Source of the DNA: Euglena gracilis
Lineage: Eukaryota
Assembly (NCBI GenBank): GCA_039621445.1
Contig: CP154954.1
Location: 48,835,847-48,899,846 of the forward strand
Direction: 5' to 3'
Length of the DNA: 64,000 bases
Positions 37,007 to 50,400 of this stretch are shown here, in pieces. A program made the position numbers and the translations under genes. The notes beneath the pieces are model-generated. The model was not told the DNA's origin, searched no databases, and saw nothing but the letters and a program-made list of their open reading frames with translations. Numbering within the stretch: position 1 is the stretch's first letter; the number at the start of each line of letters is the position of its first letter.

Positions 37007-40000
37007 TGTGTGTGTGTCTGTGCGGAATAACACGTTGCACCCAGTGAAACTCCAGCCATTGGTGGTCCTGACAGCCATCTGTGGCAGTTTTTCTGGCATT
37101 TGGCCAAGTACTCTCAACCCTCACCACCAGGGGGTTCTGGAGCTGGAGGGGACCCCTGGGGGAGGGGGTCCAGCCAGCCAGCAGTCCAGCAGCCCCAGCC
37201 CGATGCGAACCTCCCCGGGGCAGGGTCCGTTGAAATAAAGTTGGGGCCAGCCCCGCGAAACCGGGCTCGACCGAAAGCAAAACAATTTGGGAAATTTAAA
37301 AAAAACAAACTGGCATTTTCGAGGGTTTGTCGGTGGTGTTTTCACCTCAAAATTTTTGCTGAAACATCCTAAGCCAGTTGGTTTTGGCTCTTTTTTTGCC
37401 TGTTTTCGGGCACGAGCCAGAAACGATATGAGCTCAGCGTCTCTCCCTCTCCTTGGACCCCACCCACTTTTCCAGTTGGCTGGCTGGATGCCCCCTGGGG
37501 TCTTCAACAAAACCCTTGCTGAACCCTGGCCGCTAATCTTCTCCTGGATCTCTCCGGCCTCCATATCGATCCAACTTCTGCCCCTTCCCCATCTCGGCAT
37601 GTCCTCTTGCAGTCGCGGAGAGCTGCATCCCTGCAAGTGCCTGTCGGTGAGCACAGACGCATTTTAATGACGCTCTTTTTTTTCATCACCAACATTCTGT
37701 TGGTAGCATAGGCTCTCAGTTTGTGAACTCTTCGGAGGGCCTCTGTTGTCAGAACCGGGGTATGTGTAACCCCTTGACGACCTCCAACGGGAAACGGTGG
37801 CCGAATGGTGGTGCTTTATTTTTCAAATGTGACCTTAGCAGAATGGGTGAAATGAAGGGAAATGGTGGACATGGGCTCTCCTTTGCACTAACATTGGCTC
37901 ACCGAAGCAGAGATGCCTGATCCAAGGATACCAGCGCCAGGAATGGGATGCTTTGGGGATGTCAAGAAAAGTCACCTCCCTCCCGCCTCACACCAATGGA
38001 TGGGGATGTGTCTGTTGCTGCATTCACTCATACTGGATTTCCGTTTGTGTGCATGCGCGCAATTTGTTTTTAAAAAAACGCGTCGTCGTTTTTTTTTTGT
38101 GTTGTTTCGACCCCAAAATATTTTGTTGACATCCAAAAATCAAAGAAAAACTTTGCTTTTACCGCCCAGAACGCCTGAACTCGCGGATGTATGTATGAAA
38201 GAAGACCAAAAAAATATTTCGAAAGAAACACGCGCAAACACGCACGCACGCGCGTGCACGTTGCAAACATACACACTGCGGTAGCAAGAAGGAGTAAATA
38301 TTTGGACGAAATCCACAGGCATTGGCTCATGTGCTTCCACCCACAAGGTGAAGTTCACGTTGCATTGTTGCATTCTCGCAGTGAAATCCCCTCTGCTTCG
38401 TTGATGCAAGATGTCGAAACCAAAGTGCCCACAAACATTGGGCATGACCTTTCGACTCCGCCGTCAGCTCTGCACAAGGACAAACGTTGGGTCCGCTTTC
38501 TTCCAAATGGCACTCCAAATCTCATACCCTCGCCGAATTGTGCCCACCTGTTGGTCCAGGGCTGAAGGCGAATCCTCGAAACCCCATGTGTGTGGGTGGG
38601 GGGGTCGACCCCCACACCCATTCTGGTGGGTGGGGGGGGTCCGACCCCACCAGGCCTTCCCTACAGCCTTGTGCCACCCCCAAATTGTCTCCAGCAGTGT
38701 GAACGTTCCCCCCCCCCTTTGGCCAGTCCACAGGCCTCCACACCGCCTCAAGAGGTGGCCCCCCTGTCTCGTTGGCCTTGCCGCCAGCACCCGATGCCGA
38801 GTCGCCGGCAGAACCGCTTGCCCGCGGCCCTGCAAAGGTTCTGTGGTGTCGCACGCTGGCCGGGGCCGGGAGTGCCAGTCACAGTGTGTCCATGGAAGGC
38901 CAGTGGGACTGTGCTGGGTCACCCCTTGGTTGCACTGAGGCTTCTGGCTTGTTTATGGCGCGCGACCTCTGGTTCTTGCCCAATGTGCTGTGTGGCGAGT
39001 GGCCGGGGACCCCATATATCAGTGCTCCTTTTGTTGCTCCGCCTGGCCGGGTGAGCAACTCTGGTGTAAAAAAAATTCCAGCGCTATAGGGATGTACACC
39101 CACCTTGTGTGGTCGGTGTGGCCCCCGTGGGTGGGTCTACACCTTTGCACCCCAGTGCTGCACTTGCCTCCTGCCCTCTTCCCACTTTTCTGTGCGGGGA
39201 CTTGAAAGTTCCACTGTCCTCAGGGTCCTGCGGCTTCAGTAAACCTGGTTCACCAAGCCTTGGCCTCGGGGCGGGTGGCAGGTGGGTGGTGTGCTGCTAG
39301 GTTCGCAGTTCCCTGGCATCCCTGGGGGGGGGGGAACTGAAATTTTTTTCTGGCCACGCCGAAGATAGGCCTGATTTTCAATTTCGTTGGGAAGAATATG
39401 TGCAAAGGCTTTCTAGAGTCCAACCGACGACCAAGAACTCTTGTCACTTTTGATTTCCTCCGTAAATGAAACCAATGGAGACCGTTTGAGGCTCCTAAGG
39501 GGGACGGTAATGATGGCAACAGGCCTGGGATTTGTTGGAAAAAGAAAATTCCAGTGGGGCAGGAAATTGTGCGAGGCAAAAATTTGAAGAAATTCGCCTC
39601 AAGTACAAAAACGACCTGACTGAGGAGGATTGGAAACGTTTTGAGACAGATTTTCTCATGTTGCAAAATTTTGCAAATGATGTGACCGACGCCGACGCAT
39701 ATTGGGTTTTAAGACGGGAAATTCCCAAATTTTACAACGAGAGAATTGTCAGGGAACAAGAAAGGGGAGGTGATTTGAACGGGAATGGAGGTAAGAAATT
39801 TGCTCTTGGTGGATCCCCACCAAGTGCAAGGGGTTTTGGTGAGTGCATTGGAGGGATGGATCCACGTTACATTTTGTCTCCGTGATGTTTTTTGGGACAC
39901 ATTTTGAGGTGACGGTTGGGTCGGTAAGGGACAAAAACTTGCTTCTTTCACTCAATGGACGAAATGTGTCAAACGGACAAAAATTGCAAGTTTCCTCCAA

Positions 40001-43000
40001 AGAATTTCAACTTCCCCCCACAGAAATCATGGGAATGATGCACAAATGGCTCATGCAAAAGGAGCAAGCCGTTGAATTTAAATGGCATAGTGCCCCCCCC
40101 CCCCCCGGAACGGAATCAAAACCCCCCAATGGATGAGGGTGACAGAAGTTTCCACAGAATCGGAAAATGAGAATTTTTCTCAAAATTCTCAAACGAAAAA
40201 GGAGGGGGGGACACATCAAAATTTTGAATCACCCCGTTTCCATTCAAAATATGAAGAAGCACCACTCAGGGGGGGGGAAATTGATATCCGCAATTTTTCC
40301 GCAATTTCCGCAATTTTCCGCAATTTCCGCAATTTTCCGCAATTTTCCGCAATTTTTCCGCAATTTCCGCAATTTTTCCGCAATTTTTTTCCCATTTTTT
40401 TCCCGCAGAATTTTTTTCCCACCACCGAAGATGGAAGATGCAATGAGTTCAAGCCATTCTTCAAATGGATCAACAGGTGTGCTATTGTGTTTTGTTGTTT
40501 TTCCCCCCCAGTTTACCAATTTTTCTCACAGGTGCACCACTGGTTACAGAATTGGGTGCGTCCCACCTGTGCAAAGAACATCAAGCATGTTGATTTGTGC
40601 TCGCCTGCATCGACGTGGGTGTTGCAGTGTTCTGAACCTCACAATTGAAAATTTTCTAAGTCCCCATCAGACAGAAATGTGTATACCCGATATCAATTTT
40701 TCCGCAATTTTTCCGCAATTTCCGCAATTTTTCCGCAATTTTTCCGAAGGCCTCCGATATCAATTATCCCCCCCCCCCTGCACCACTCCCTACCCCACCC
40801 CCACAACAAAAATCAATGAAGGTGTAACCAGAGCACTGTGCGAACGTTGTGGTAAGATGGGGCATATTGCCGCCAAGTGTTGGGCAAAATTGCCGGCTGC
40901 AAATCAAGGCCTTTGGGGCTGGGTTGCTGGGGGGGGGTGCGCTCCCACCAGGCCGCCCCCCTGTGGGACGTTGACTTCCCTCGGTGGGTCAATGGCCGTG
41001 GCTGGGGGGCGTCGCAGGGCCGCGGTCCGCTGCCCCACAAAGCCAGGACCCGGCGGAGGACCTGAGAGGGCGGAAGAGGCGACGGGGCGAGGACAACGAT
41101 GGGGCGGAGGAGGGGGAGGAGGAGGAGGGCGGCCGGCCACTGAAGAAGTACATGGACGGCTTTTTTTTTTGCCAGGGAAGAGCATTCTGGCATTTGGGGG
41201 GAGGGTTTTTTTGGGTCCTTTCTGAATTGGCTCACCCCGGCAACTGAAGGCACTGATTGGGTTGACTGACAGGCTTGTGCGTTTTCCCCCCCTGAATGGG
41301 AGGCATCTTCACCGGGGCTGGACCTGAAAAAGAAGCCTGTCTGCCACCCATTTCCTGTGCACAGGTCAGAGCTGTCTGTGCAGCCATCCGTCCCCGCAGT
41401 ACCCAACAGTGCGGCCGGCGATGGGAAGCAGTCGCCGGGGGTTGTCTCGGGGCCGCGGTCCGCTGCCCCACAGAGCCAGGACATGGCAGAGCAGGGGTTT
41501 TCTTCAGCTGCCGGTGACCCTGCCCCCTGCTGGGGAGGTCCAGCCAGCCAGAACACATTTTTTTTCCAATCCCATCCGGGCTGCAGACAGAGACCAGTGA
41601 CTATTGACGTCCGGTTGCGAAGTGCAGAAAAGTGTTCCTTCCTTTAACGTCCAAGACTGCAAAAAACCAAGCCAATAATTGCAGCAGACCGGGGATTTTT
41701 TTTGGTGGTGAACCTCGCTGTCTCCCACTGGGTTTGGCTAATTTTGGGTCTATTTCGGCGTGAAGTGCCAGAAGATTTTTGACCTTGAAAAGTGGGTTCC
41801 CTGGTCTTAAACAAAACAAACAAAACAGCCCCACACCAGACCCTGCCCACAGCACAAAAAAAACCCAGTGCCCAAAGAACAAAGAACCAAAGAAGAAGGC
41901 AGCCCAACGTGGCAAAAACCCAACACACAAATCCCAACGCCCAGTACACAGCAAAAAAAAAAACTCAATCTCGTTGACAAACCGCCAAAATGAAAAACTC
42001 TGATGATGAAAAACCCACAAATCCCAGAAACGGCAGCCAAAACCCGAGATAAAAACACGTCAAACCTCAAATAGAAAGACACCACAGGTGAGAACACGGC
42101 CCCCAAACCCCACAAATTGAAAACAAATTTCACCAGTCACAGAAACCGTCCAAAGCAGAGCTGTCCCATGCAAAGCCCACCAACTCAATCCCCAGATGGC
42201 AGTCAAATAAACCCCCCTCCCAAATAACCTGGCGGGGCCCTTGCTCCTGGCAGTGGCCGAATAACTTGGCGGGGGGAGAGGAAAAAAAGATGGTTCCAGT
42301 AACTTGGCACCCCCCTTTTTTAGGCAAAATTCCTTTACGACGTTGCAAAAAAGGGTCCAAATAACCTGGCGGGGGCAGGGATTTTTTTAAGTTTGGACCC
42401 CCGGGGGGGGGGAGGGGGAGGGGTAGGGTGGGTGGGTCCGCCGGACCCCCCCCCCCCCCCCCGGGGGGGGGCCCCCCCGGAGGGGGGTGGGATATACTTT
42501 TCGGCGCCGCAGGCGCCGAAAAAATTCTATTTTTAGCACTTTTCGCGATTTTTCGGCCATTTTTTGTGGGTCCCCCAGGCCCCCCCCCCCCCCGGGGGGA
42601 GCCCCCCCTCTAGGGGGTGGGTGGGTGGGGGGGAGACCCCCCCCTCCCCCCCCCCCCGGCGTATAAAAACCCCCGGGGGGGGGGCAGGGAAAAAAGTTGG
42701 TTCCAGTAACCTGGCACCCCGCCAGCTTATTTGGGGGGGGGGTTAATCCTGAGGACAGCACAAAAAAAAACAAGATGACGCTCAAAAACCGCTCGAAACA
42801 CACCCGAAAAACCCAGAAGACAGCAGATGTGTGAGACTGGGGGGGGGTGGCTGTCACAGTTGACTTTGGGGTTTACCCCTTTTTGCCTCTATCACCTTCC
42901 CCCCCCCCCCCCCCCGCCCCGGGGGCCGCTGCAAAAAAGTTGGGCCAGACAAGGCATATGGCCTGAAATATTTGGTCCAGTGCCAAGATTTTTTTTTAAA

Positions 43001-44112
43001 AAAAAGGCTCCTTGCAAACTGCAAAGAAGCCCCCCCCCCCCCCTGCGGAACCCCCGGGGGAGGTCTTTAAGAAAACCCCTGCGGCGGAGGACCTGAGAGG
43101 GCGGAAGAGACGACGGGGCGAAGACAATGATGGGGCAGAAGAGGATGAGGAGGAGGAGGGCTGCCCGCCACCGAAGAAGTACACAGACGGCTTTTTTTTT
43201 GCCAGGGAGGAACACTCTGGCATTTGGGGGGATGGTTTTCGGGGTCCTTTCTGGATTGGCGCACCCCGGCAAATTAATTGACTGATTGGGTTGAATGACG
43301 GTTTCTTTTTTCTGACTGCGAGGTACACCCGTTGGGGCTGGGTCTTAAAAGAATCCTGTTTGCCACCCATTCTTTGTGCACAGGTCAGAGCTGTCTGTGC
43401 GGTCATCTGTCCCTGCAGTACCCAACAATGCGGCTGGCGATGCGACGTGCGATCCAGAGCTCACTACGACAGACATCCAGCCCTGGTCACCGAGCGCTGC
43501 CGCCCCCGTCCAATAACAGAAGTTGCGAAATCCAGACCCTTCAGGAGCGTTTTTCAAAAAAAAACTCTGTTCTGAGTACTGAGTACTGAGTACTGAGCTC
43601 CGACTCAGCAAAAGCCTGGCCAGGATCGACCCTCGGTGGGGTGCGATTGACAGGTGCGCCATGGCACAAAACACCCCCCAAGGTCTTTGAAAAGAAGCCT
43701 GGAGATGCCGTGCGAGGGGCAGGCGCCCCATGGCACCCCATCCGCCCCCCCCCCCCCCGGGGTTGGGTTTTTGGGGGTGCCTGCCCCAAGCAGGCACCCC
43801 CTCTGACCCCTGCGCCAAAGGCCCCGGGGCCTGGAAAAGGCCATTTTCAATGAAACTTTTCTGGGTCCCCCGGACCCCTCCCCCCCCCGGGGGTGTGCCT
43901 GCTCGGGGCAGGCACCCTATAGCACCTACCCCCCCCTCCCCCCCGGTCGGTAAGCACAAGCCTGACAACTTTTCCTCATAAACGGAAATTTTCTCTGCAC
44001 ACACACTGACACACTCCATGAATGCAGTCCAGTGCTGCCACCGGCACAGGCCCGTCGCAGCCACCCACGCAGGACGCTTCCCTTGGGCAGCTGCACTCCC
44101 CCAGAGGGCGGG
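36764..44112 (+). CDS. Gene B putative N-terminal low-complexity exons (two ~60-aa repeats with RKRRR and acidic tract)
   Basis: ATG 36764 (MSALSATS|gt), exon 37045- (CETPAIGGPDSHLWQFFWHLAKY), repeat exons ~41000-41147, 41365-41488, 43087-43178 and 43384-. Several junctions and frames are unresolved and differ between copies. Confidence 0.45.
40267..40780. mobile_element. hAT-like MITE, family 2
   Basis: Same TIR and core as 5836-6323; perfect TSD caccact (40260-66 / 40781-87); empty site at ~16630 in copy 1. Confidence 0.93.
41489..43086 (+). other. Non-conventional intron / TIR transposon (element 41492-43081), copy 2
   Basis: Same ends and flanks as 17358-19343. Confidence 0.8.
42376..42675. 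mobile_element. G/C-tract-rich MITE nested in the intron-element; relative at 59034-59383
   Basis: Absent in copy 1 (~18260). Ends cagggattttt / aaaaacccccg; central cggcgccgcaggcgccg motif shared with cgcgccgaaggcgccg at 59211. Confidence 0.7.
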
Positions 44113-44487
44113 TGCTGTTGGTGCTTCTTGACCGCGCACCTTTGCTTCTTTTCTGTTCTGTTGTGAGCTGATTTGTGGCAAAGCGAACAAAGCAGAATTA
44201 AACTTTTTTCAAGTGGAAATAAGCGTACAGATTGACTCCAACACTATCGCATGTTGCTCTCTGTTGGGTGGCATGAACAGGAACTTGTTGCACAGAGCTT
44301 TCACGCGCGTATCTCCTGTGTATCCAATGCCATACGGCAGTCGCCTATTCCAGCGCTGCCACCCCCTGGCGGATAGACACACCGGGAGATGGAACTGAGC
44401 ATAATGGGGCTACATAGCCCTTGAAACCAAGCGATGGGGACCGATTTGGGTGTGTTCCAGGGTTTCCAGGGTTATTTCATACTCCAG

Positions 44488-47400
44488 GGTTGAGTGCGGC
44501 TGGGGCCAACGACCAGGCGGGAGACCGGCCCCACGGCCGTCCAAGGCACCTCAACCCCGGTGGCCTCCTCTGCTACAACTGTTGGTCCCGGACCCACATG
44601 GTGGACCACTGCCCCCACCCAGCCAGGCCGCAGCCTGTGTGATCGAGAGACAGGCCATGGCTCGCGGAGTCACTGGCTCCTGCTTTCCGTGCTGTTTTTT
44701 TTTATCACCAGTGTCACCTGTGTGTGTGTGTGTGTGTGTGTGTTGTGTGTGTGTGTGTGTGTGTGTGAGTCTGTCTGTCTGTGTGTGTGTGTGTGTGTGT
44801 GTGTGCGTGCGTGCGTGCGTGTGTGTCACCCGTGTGTTTTAAACGGCATCACGTTGATTTGCACCTACGTCTGGATAAGGTGGGGATGCAGTGGGGTGGT
44901 TGCGTCATCAGCGTTGCAGTTTGACTTGAACGAGAAGTTTGCACAACTTTGTCCCTTATCTTTCTGGGGGCTGCAGCCTGTTTCCACTATTTTGCAGCAA
45001 ATGTGGAGGCGATAACCACACTGCACAGGTGCAACCAAGCCCTTCTAAAGGAAAGAGGCATTCATCCCCCACAGATGAGACCCTAACCCTAACCTACCGA
45101 TTGACTTTTGGGTTCCATCAATTCAGTCTGGCTGTTTTTTTTTCTGAATGGGAGTGTTCAAAAAAGGATGATCACGCCCCAGGTCGCAATTATATGCCCC
45201 CCCCCCCCAGGGGTTCCATACAGTTGGGTCAGGGGGCGGGGTCCAAATTTTTTTTGCATTATTGATGGAATAGGGCTAGGGTTAGGAGTTCGGCCTCGGC
45301 CTCCTGACCCTACTCCCGACCCCCTGATCCAACGATGTCCCCCCCCCCCCCGATCAAAATTGGTTTCTCTCGATAATTTGAAAGTTGTCGATGGAACTGT
45401 AGTCCAGATAATGAGTTCACTGAACCTCTCCGGATTTGCCTTTGTCACTATTTTAGTGTTGGTTCAATTGAGCGGCAGGAGTAGGGTAAAGGGCAGGAGA
45501 CTTTCCAATTCATTTTGATTTAGTCAGTTGCATACACTTCTAATTAGGCATGAATCAGGCGTTGAGGTTTCATTTTTTTGAGGTCTAAACCCAACCTCAT
45601 TCCTAACTTAACCAGGTTTTGAATAGTGCTGAGCTCTTAATGGGACATGCACATAATGGAAGGCAAAAAAGACCAGCATTGCAAATTTCACGTAATTCAT
45701 AATTTACAAACTACACACTTGCAATTTACGGTGACTTTCAGTGATTTTACAATACAATTATTTCTGAAATGTTAATGAAGTTTTAACCCCCCCCATACAC
45801 CCCATACCCGGGTTGTTGGATTTTTTTTTGATTTTTAACCTGTTTTTTTTTACCCAAAACTCCATGGGTTTTTGGGCCAAAAACGGCGGCCAGGGGGTCG
45901 AAAAAAATGCTCATTTTCGGCTCAGAAACAGGTTTTCCGGGCCCGGGAGGCCAAAAAACATCGTTTCCAGCAACAAAAAAAATTTTTCGGTTTTTTTTCC
46001 GCCTTTTTTTGACCAGAAATTCCCAAAAACGGCTCAGTCAGAACAGGCCAAACCTGTACAAAATGGCTAAAATTGGCCGAAAAAAAATGGCCGTAACTCA
46101 GGCTAGGCGGGGAGTTGCGGGGAAGTACCGTTAGATAGAGGATTTTAAGGGCTTCAATTTAGGTCTCCGGACTTTTCCTTTGATTCCCCACCATTTTTGA
46201 GCAACTTCAGAAAAATTGTTTTTTTGACCCCAAAAGGGGGCCGAAAACGGCTAAGTCGCAGGCCTGCCGCGCTGATTTGGGCCGTAAATTGGCCATATTT
46301 CGGACTAGGCGGGGAGTTGCGGGGAAATCAAAGTACTGTTAGATTTCCGGAAATAATGTACGTTTTCTCGAGATATTTTTGAAAAATCAATTTTTTGACC
46401 GATTTTTGGACCTCGGCAGAATGGCAGAGTCGGAAGAGGGGGGGGGGCGGGCGGGCGAATCCTACCCAGTTTGGACCCCTTCGCGGGTGAATAACTCGGG
46501 CCTGGCGGGGAGTTGGGGGTCAAACGGAGGTGATTCGGAAACTAGAAATCCAGTCGCTCGCGACTGAAAAAAAATATCCGGGAACGCCAGGATGATGGTG
46601 ATAATCCGCCAGTTCTCCTGGTGGCCCCGACCGGGGGGGGGGGGGAGGGGGCGGGGGAGAGGGGGATTGGACCCCCCCTTTTCCCCAGGGGTAAGCTTCG
46701 CTCTAACCCATAAAGGGATAAGAGCTCAGCGACCTGAACCCTATCTAACAGCCTTAATCCGTGACATGAAACACGTTGCCGCGCGTCATGCATGTGGAAT
46801 GTGGAGAACGATTGGTGATGGCAACCCGGACCCCGGTCCCGCTTTCTTTCGCTTTTCGTTGTGTTTCACGGTGCCGGGTGTATTTTACGATATTTTTGGA
46901 AGGGCATGACAAGGCATTTCGAAAAGGTTAATAACCCCATTTGTGGTGTGTCACTTCTCGGTGAGACGTGGGGGGTTGGGTGGCCCCCTCCCCCCCCTCT
47001 GCAGGTGTGTGCGGTGACGAAGCAAGGCCAGCAGCCCATCGGCAGCTGCTACAACTGCAACGCCACCAATCACTCCGTCAAGAACTGCCCGCCCCCAGGC
47101 CGGTCTCAGCACCACGCCCCTCACGCCTAGGTTGCCTCCGTTGAGGAACAGCCCAGGGGGGGGGGATGCCCAACAGCGGTGCGGGGGGAGTGCTTTGCCT
47201 CTCGAGAGCCCATGCCACCCTCGGTCATTTTGACCGTTGCCAGTCGTTGCCCGGCGTCTCGCAGCGCCAGGGGAGGCGGAGAGGGACTGGCCTGCCCCAC
47301 TCCCTCTTCTGCACGTTCTGTGAGCGGCCCGGGCACACGCGCAATGTGTGCTGGAGGGAGGACCCGGCCCGCAAGGACCAGCACAGCACCCGCAAGGAGA

Positions 47401-50400
47401 AGCAGCCGCCCCCCGCGGCGGTCCCCGCCGAGGCCGTCACCAACGAGGTCCAGCGCTTTGGGGCTCCCGCAATTTGCTGTGCGCCTGTGCGATGTTAAAC
47501 TGTTTGCTCATGCGCCCCGCACATGCCATGTGCACGCGCACACGTAGACTGCAGAAGGTTTAGGCCAAGCCAGGCCCAAAGGTCGGCCCAAATTTCGGCC
47601 TAAAATTCTTACCAAAACTGCATTCTTTCAATAACCCTTAACAGGCTTTCAGAAGGAGCACCACGTCCACCTCGGAGTGTCATCTGGGTAACCCTGATGG
47701 TGGCGGGGGGCACCCAGGAGGTACCTGTGCCAATATAAAAAATACAGAAATAAAAATTAATAAATATACATTAAGTGGATATTTTCACATAAGTATATAC
47801 ATATTGCAGCTGAATTCTTAATGGCCCCAGGGGCATTAATAATTCCCAGGGGTTAGCGGAAAAATTTGGGTTATGGATGGAATGGGGTCAGGGTTAGGAG
47901 TTAGGTTGGTGTTAGGCCTAATTTAGATTGGTGTTAGGTGTACCAGTTAAGCCTAAAGTTAAGCTGAACTCCTAACCCTAACCCTATTCCATCAATAACA
48001 CAAAAAAAATTGACCCCCTGGAACTTCTTAATGGCCCCAGGGGCATTAAGAATTCAGCTGCCCTATATATGTGTGTATGTGTGTATGTATGCATGTGTAA
48101 ATATACATGTGCATATATGCGTATGAATATGAATCTGTATTTGTGTATTTACATAAATGTATATGCATATGCATGTGTACAATGATGGAAGGGAGGGCGA
48201 TAATATGCACCATACAGTTTTGTTTTTTTGCAGTTGATTTTGGAGGATAAGATTGTGCATTAGAGTTTTTTGTTGTTGTTGTTGTTGTTTTGCATTTTTC
48301 ATTTTTCAATGAGTCGTTTTGGGCATCGTAAAAGGTTTTTTTCGTATGTACAGTCTTTCCAGTTTTTGGCAGGTTTTTTTTTGCCTCCTCGTCTGCCTTC
48401 CCAGAAGGCAACGTCATGTTATTGAGATAAGCCAGGTACCCTCACCTCAGGCCGTTGCCGTGGGAGAGGTGGACATTCTGTCGGTCCTGCGGACTCACAA
48501 GGGTGGCAAGAAGCAGAAGGCCGCGGATGATTTCATGGACCAGCTGCGCCGGTACTGTGAGCAGCTCCAGTCCGCCCCGCCAGCCCCACCACCTGTTGCG
48601 GAAGGCCCAGAGGTCTGTGCCGATTGCGAGCAAACCCAAAATCAAGTTTCTGCGTTCTCCGGACACAACAGATCGTCACGCTGCATTGCACATACGCGGG
48701 ACAGCCCTAATTTGCCCCAAAATTCAATACTTTCAAAATGGCGGGGCTGTTGGTGCAAGCATCGACCTGCATAGACCAGCATTTTTTCTTTCTTTCGAAA
48801 TAGCCTTTTCAAGTACCGGCCACCGAACCCCGTCAAGCTCCGCCACCTCAAGTTTGCCAGGGTCTGAAGGCCGCCCCTTCCACCCCCCCCCCCCCCCCCC
48901 CCGTGTGTGCCTTCATCCCAGGCCGCCGTGGACCCAGCCGACCCCGCGGCGGCGGAGGGGCCCCCAGGGCCCCGCAAGGCGCGCTGCTACAACTGCAAGA
49001 GCGCCGGCCACGTCGTCCGCGACTGCCCCGACAAGCTGTTCTGCACGCGCTGCCGGAAGGAGGTAAACCCCCCCCAAATAGTATTGCACCCGCAGCTCTA
49101 TTGGACGGCCGCCTCCGGCGGGGGGGGGGGGGTGCAGCACTATTTGGACCCGCAGCACTATTGGGCTGGGTGCCTCTTAGCAGGGGGGGGGGGAATTATG
49201 CGGTCCGCATTATTCCGCATTATTCCGCATTTTTCCGCATTTCCGCATTATTCCGCATTATTCGGCATTTTCCCGCATTTTTCCGCATATTTTCCGCATT
49301 TTTTTTGTAAATTTTCCGCATTTTTCCGCATTTTCGCATTTGACCGCATTTTTTTCCGCATTTTTCCGCATTTTCCCGCATTTTCCCGCATTTTTCCGCA
49401 TAATTTCCGCATTATCCCGCATTTTCCGCATTTTTCCGCATAATTACCGCATTTTTCGCATAATTTCCACATTTTTCCACATAATTTCCGCATTTTTTGT
49501 GATTTTTTTTTACGTTTCAGGTCAACTACAAGGTTCATTGTTTCCCCAAGTTTGATGAAGTCTGACCGCTCTTTTGAAGGGCAAGGATGGATGGACGTTG
49601 TATGTTTCCAGAAAGGGTGGATGTTCATTCATGGTTTTCACATACCATTGTTGCCCCACTCGCTTCTTTAATCGATGATTTGTTTGCCACATATTCTTTG
49701 CTGAAATGTTTTTCAAAAGGGTCCTAGTTCAGGTGCAAGCCCAGTTTCTGCGTGATATGTTCATCAGAGTTTTGAAATCGTTGCAGGACGGTTTGAATGT
49801 TTGCTTTGAGAAAAGCAAGGAACAAATTGAGTTTTACCGTCAACTTCGCGTGCTCAACCCAAATAATTTGCCTTTTATGTCATCAGCTCCCACAGATTAC
49901 TCAGCGTTGCGTTTGGACGGATGTGATGAAGATTTCATACAATATTTGCAATGCACAAAAAGGGATATTGACGGCACAGAGGAGTTAATTGAATGGTGGA
50001 AGACGCACCGGCCATCACTTTTTCGTGAACGTGTTTTGTTTCTGATTTCCACCCCGGTCGCCACTTCAAGTGTGGAAAGGTTTTTTTCCGTTTGTGGACA
50101 GCTGGATGCCAATCAGTGGGCTTTGTCACAAAATGCACGGAGGTTGGAGTTTATGCTTCAATTTAATGGTGATTTGTCTGGGCGTTTCACCTCTGACCTG
50201 TTCGCATTGTTTATTTGCGTCCGCGGCTTTTGAACAATGGACATACTGCCGCTGAACATTTTTATTGTGCTTTGTTTTTCCATTGCATTTTGGTGACTTC
50301 TGGCAAGCTTGGGCATCGGCGATGGAAATCAAATAGCATCGAGACCCTGCATATTGTGAGGTAGAAATATATCTGTCCTCTCCATGTGACCTGGGACTCC

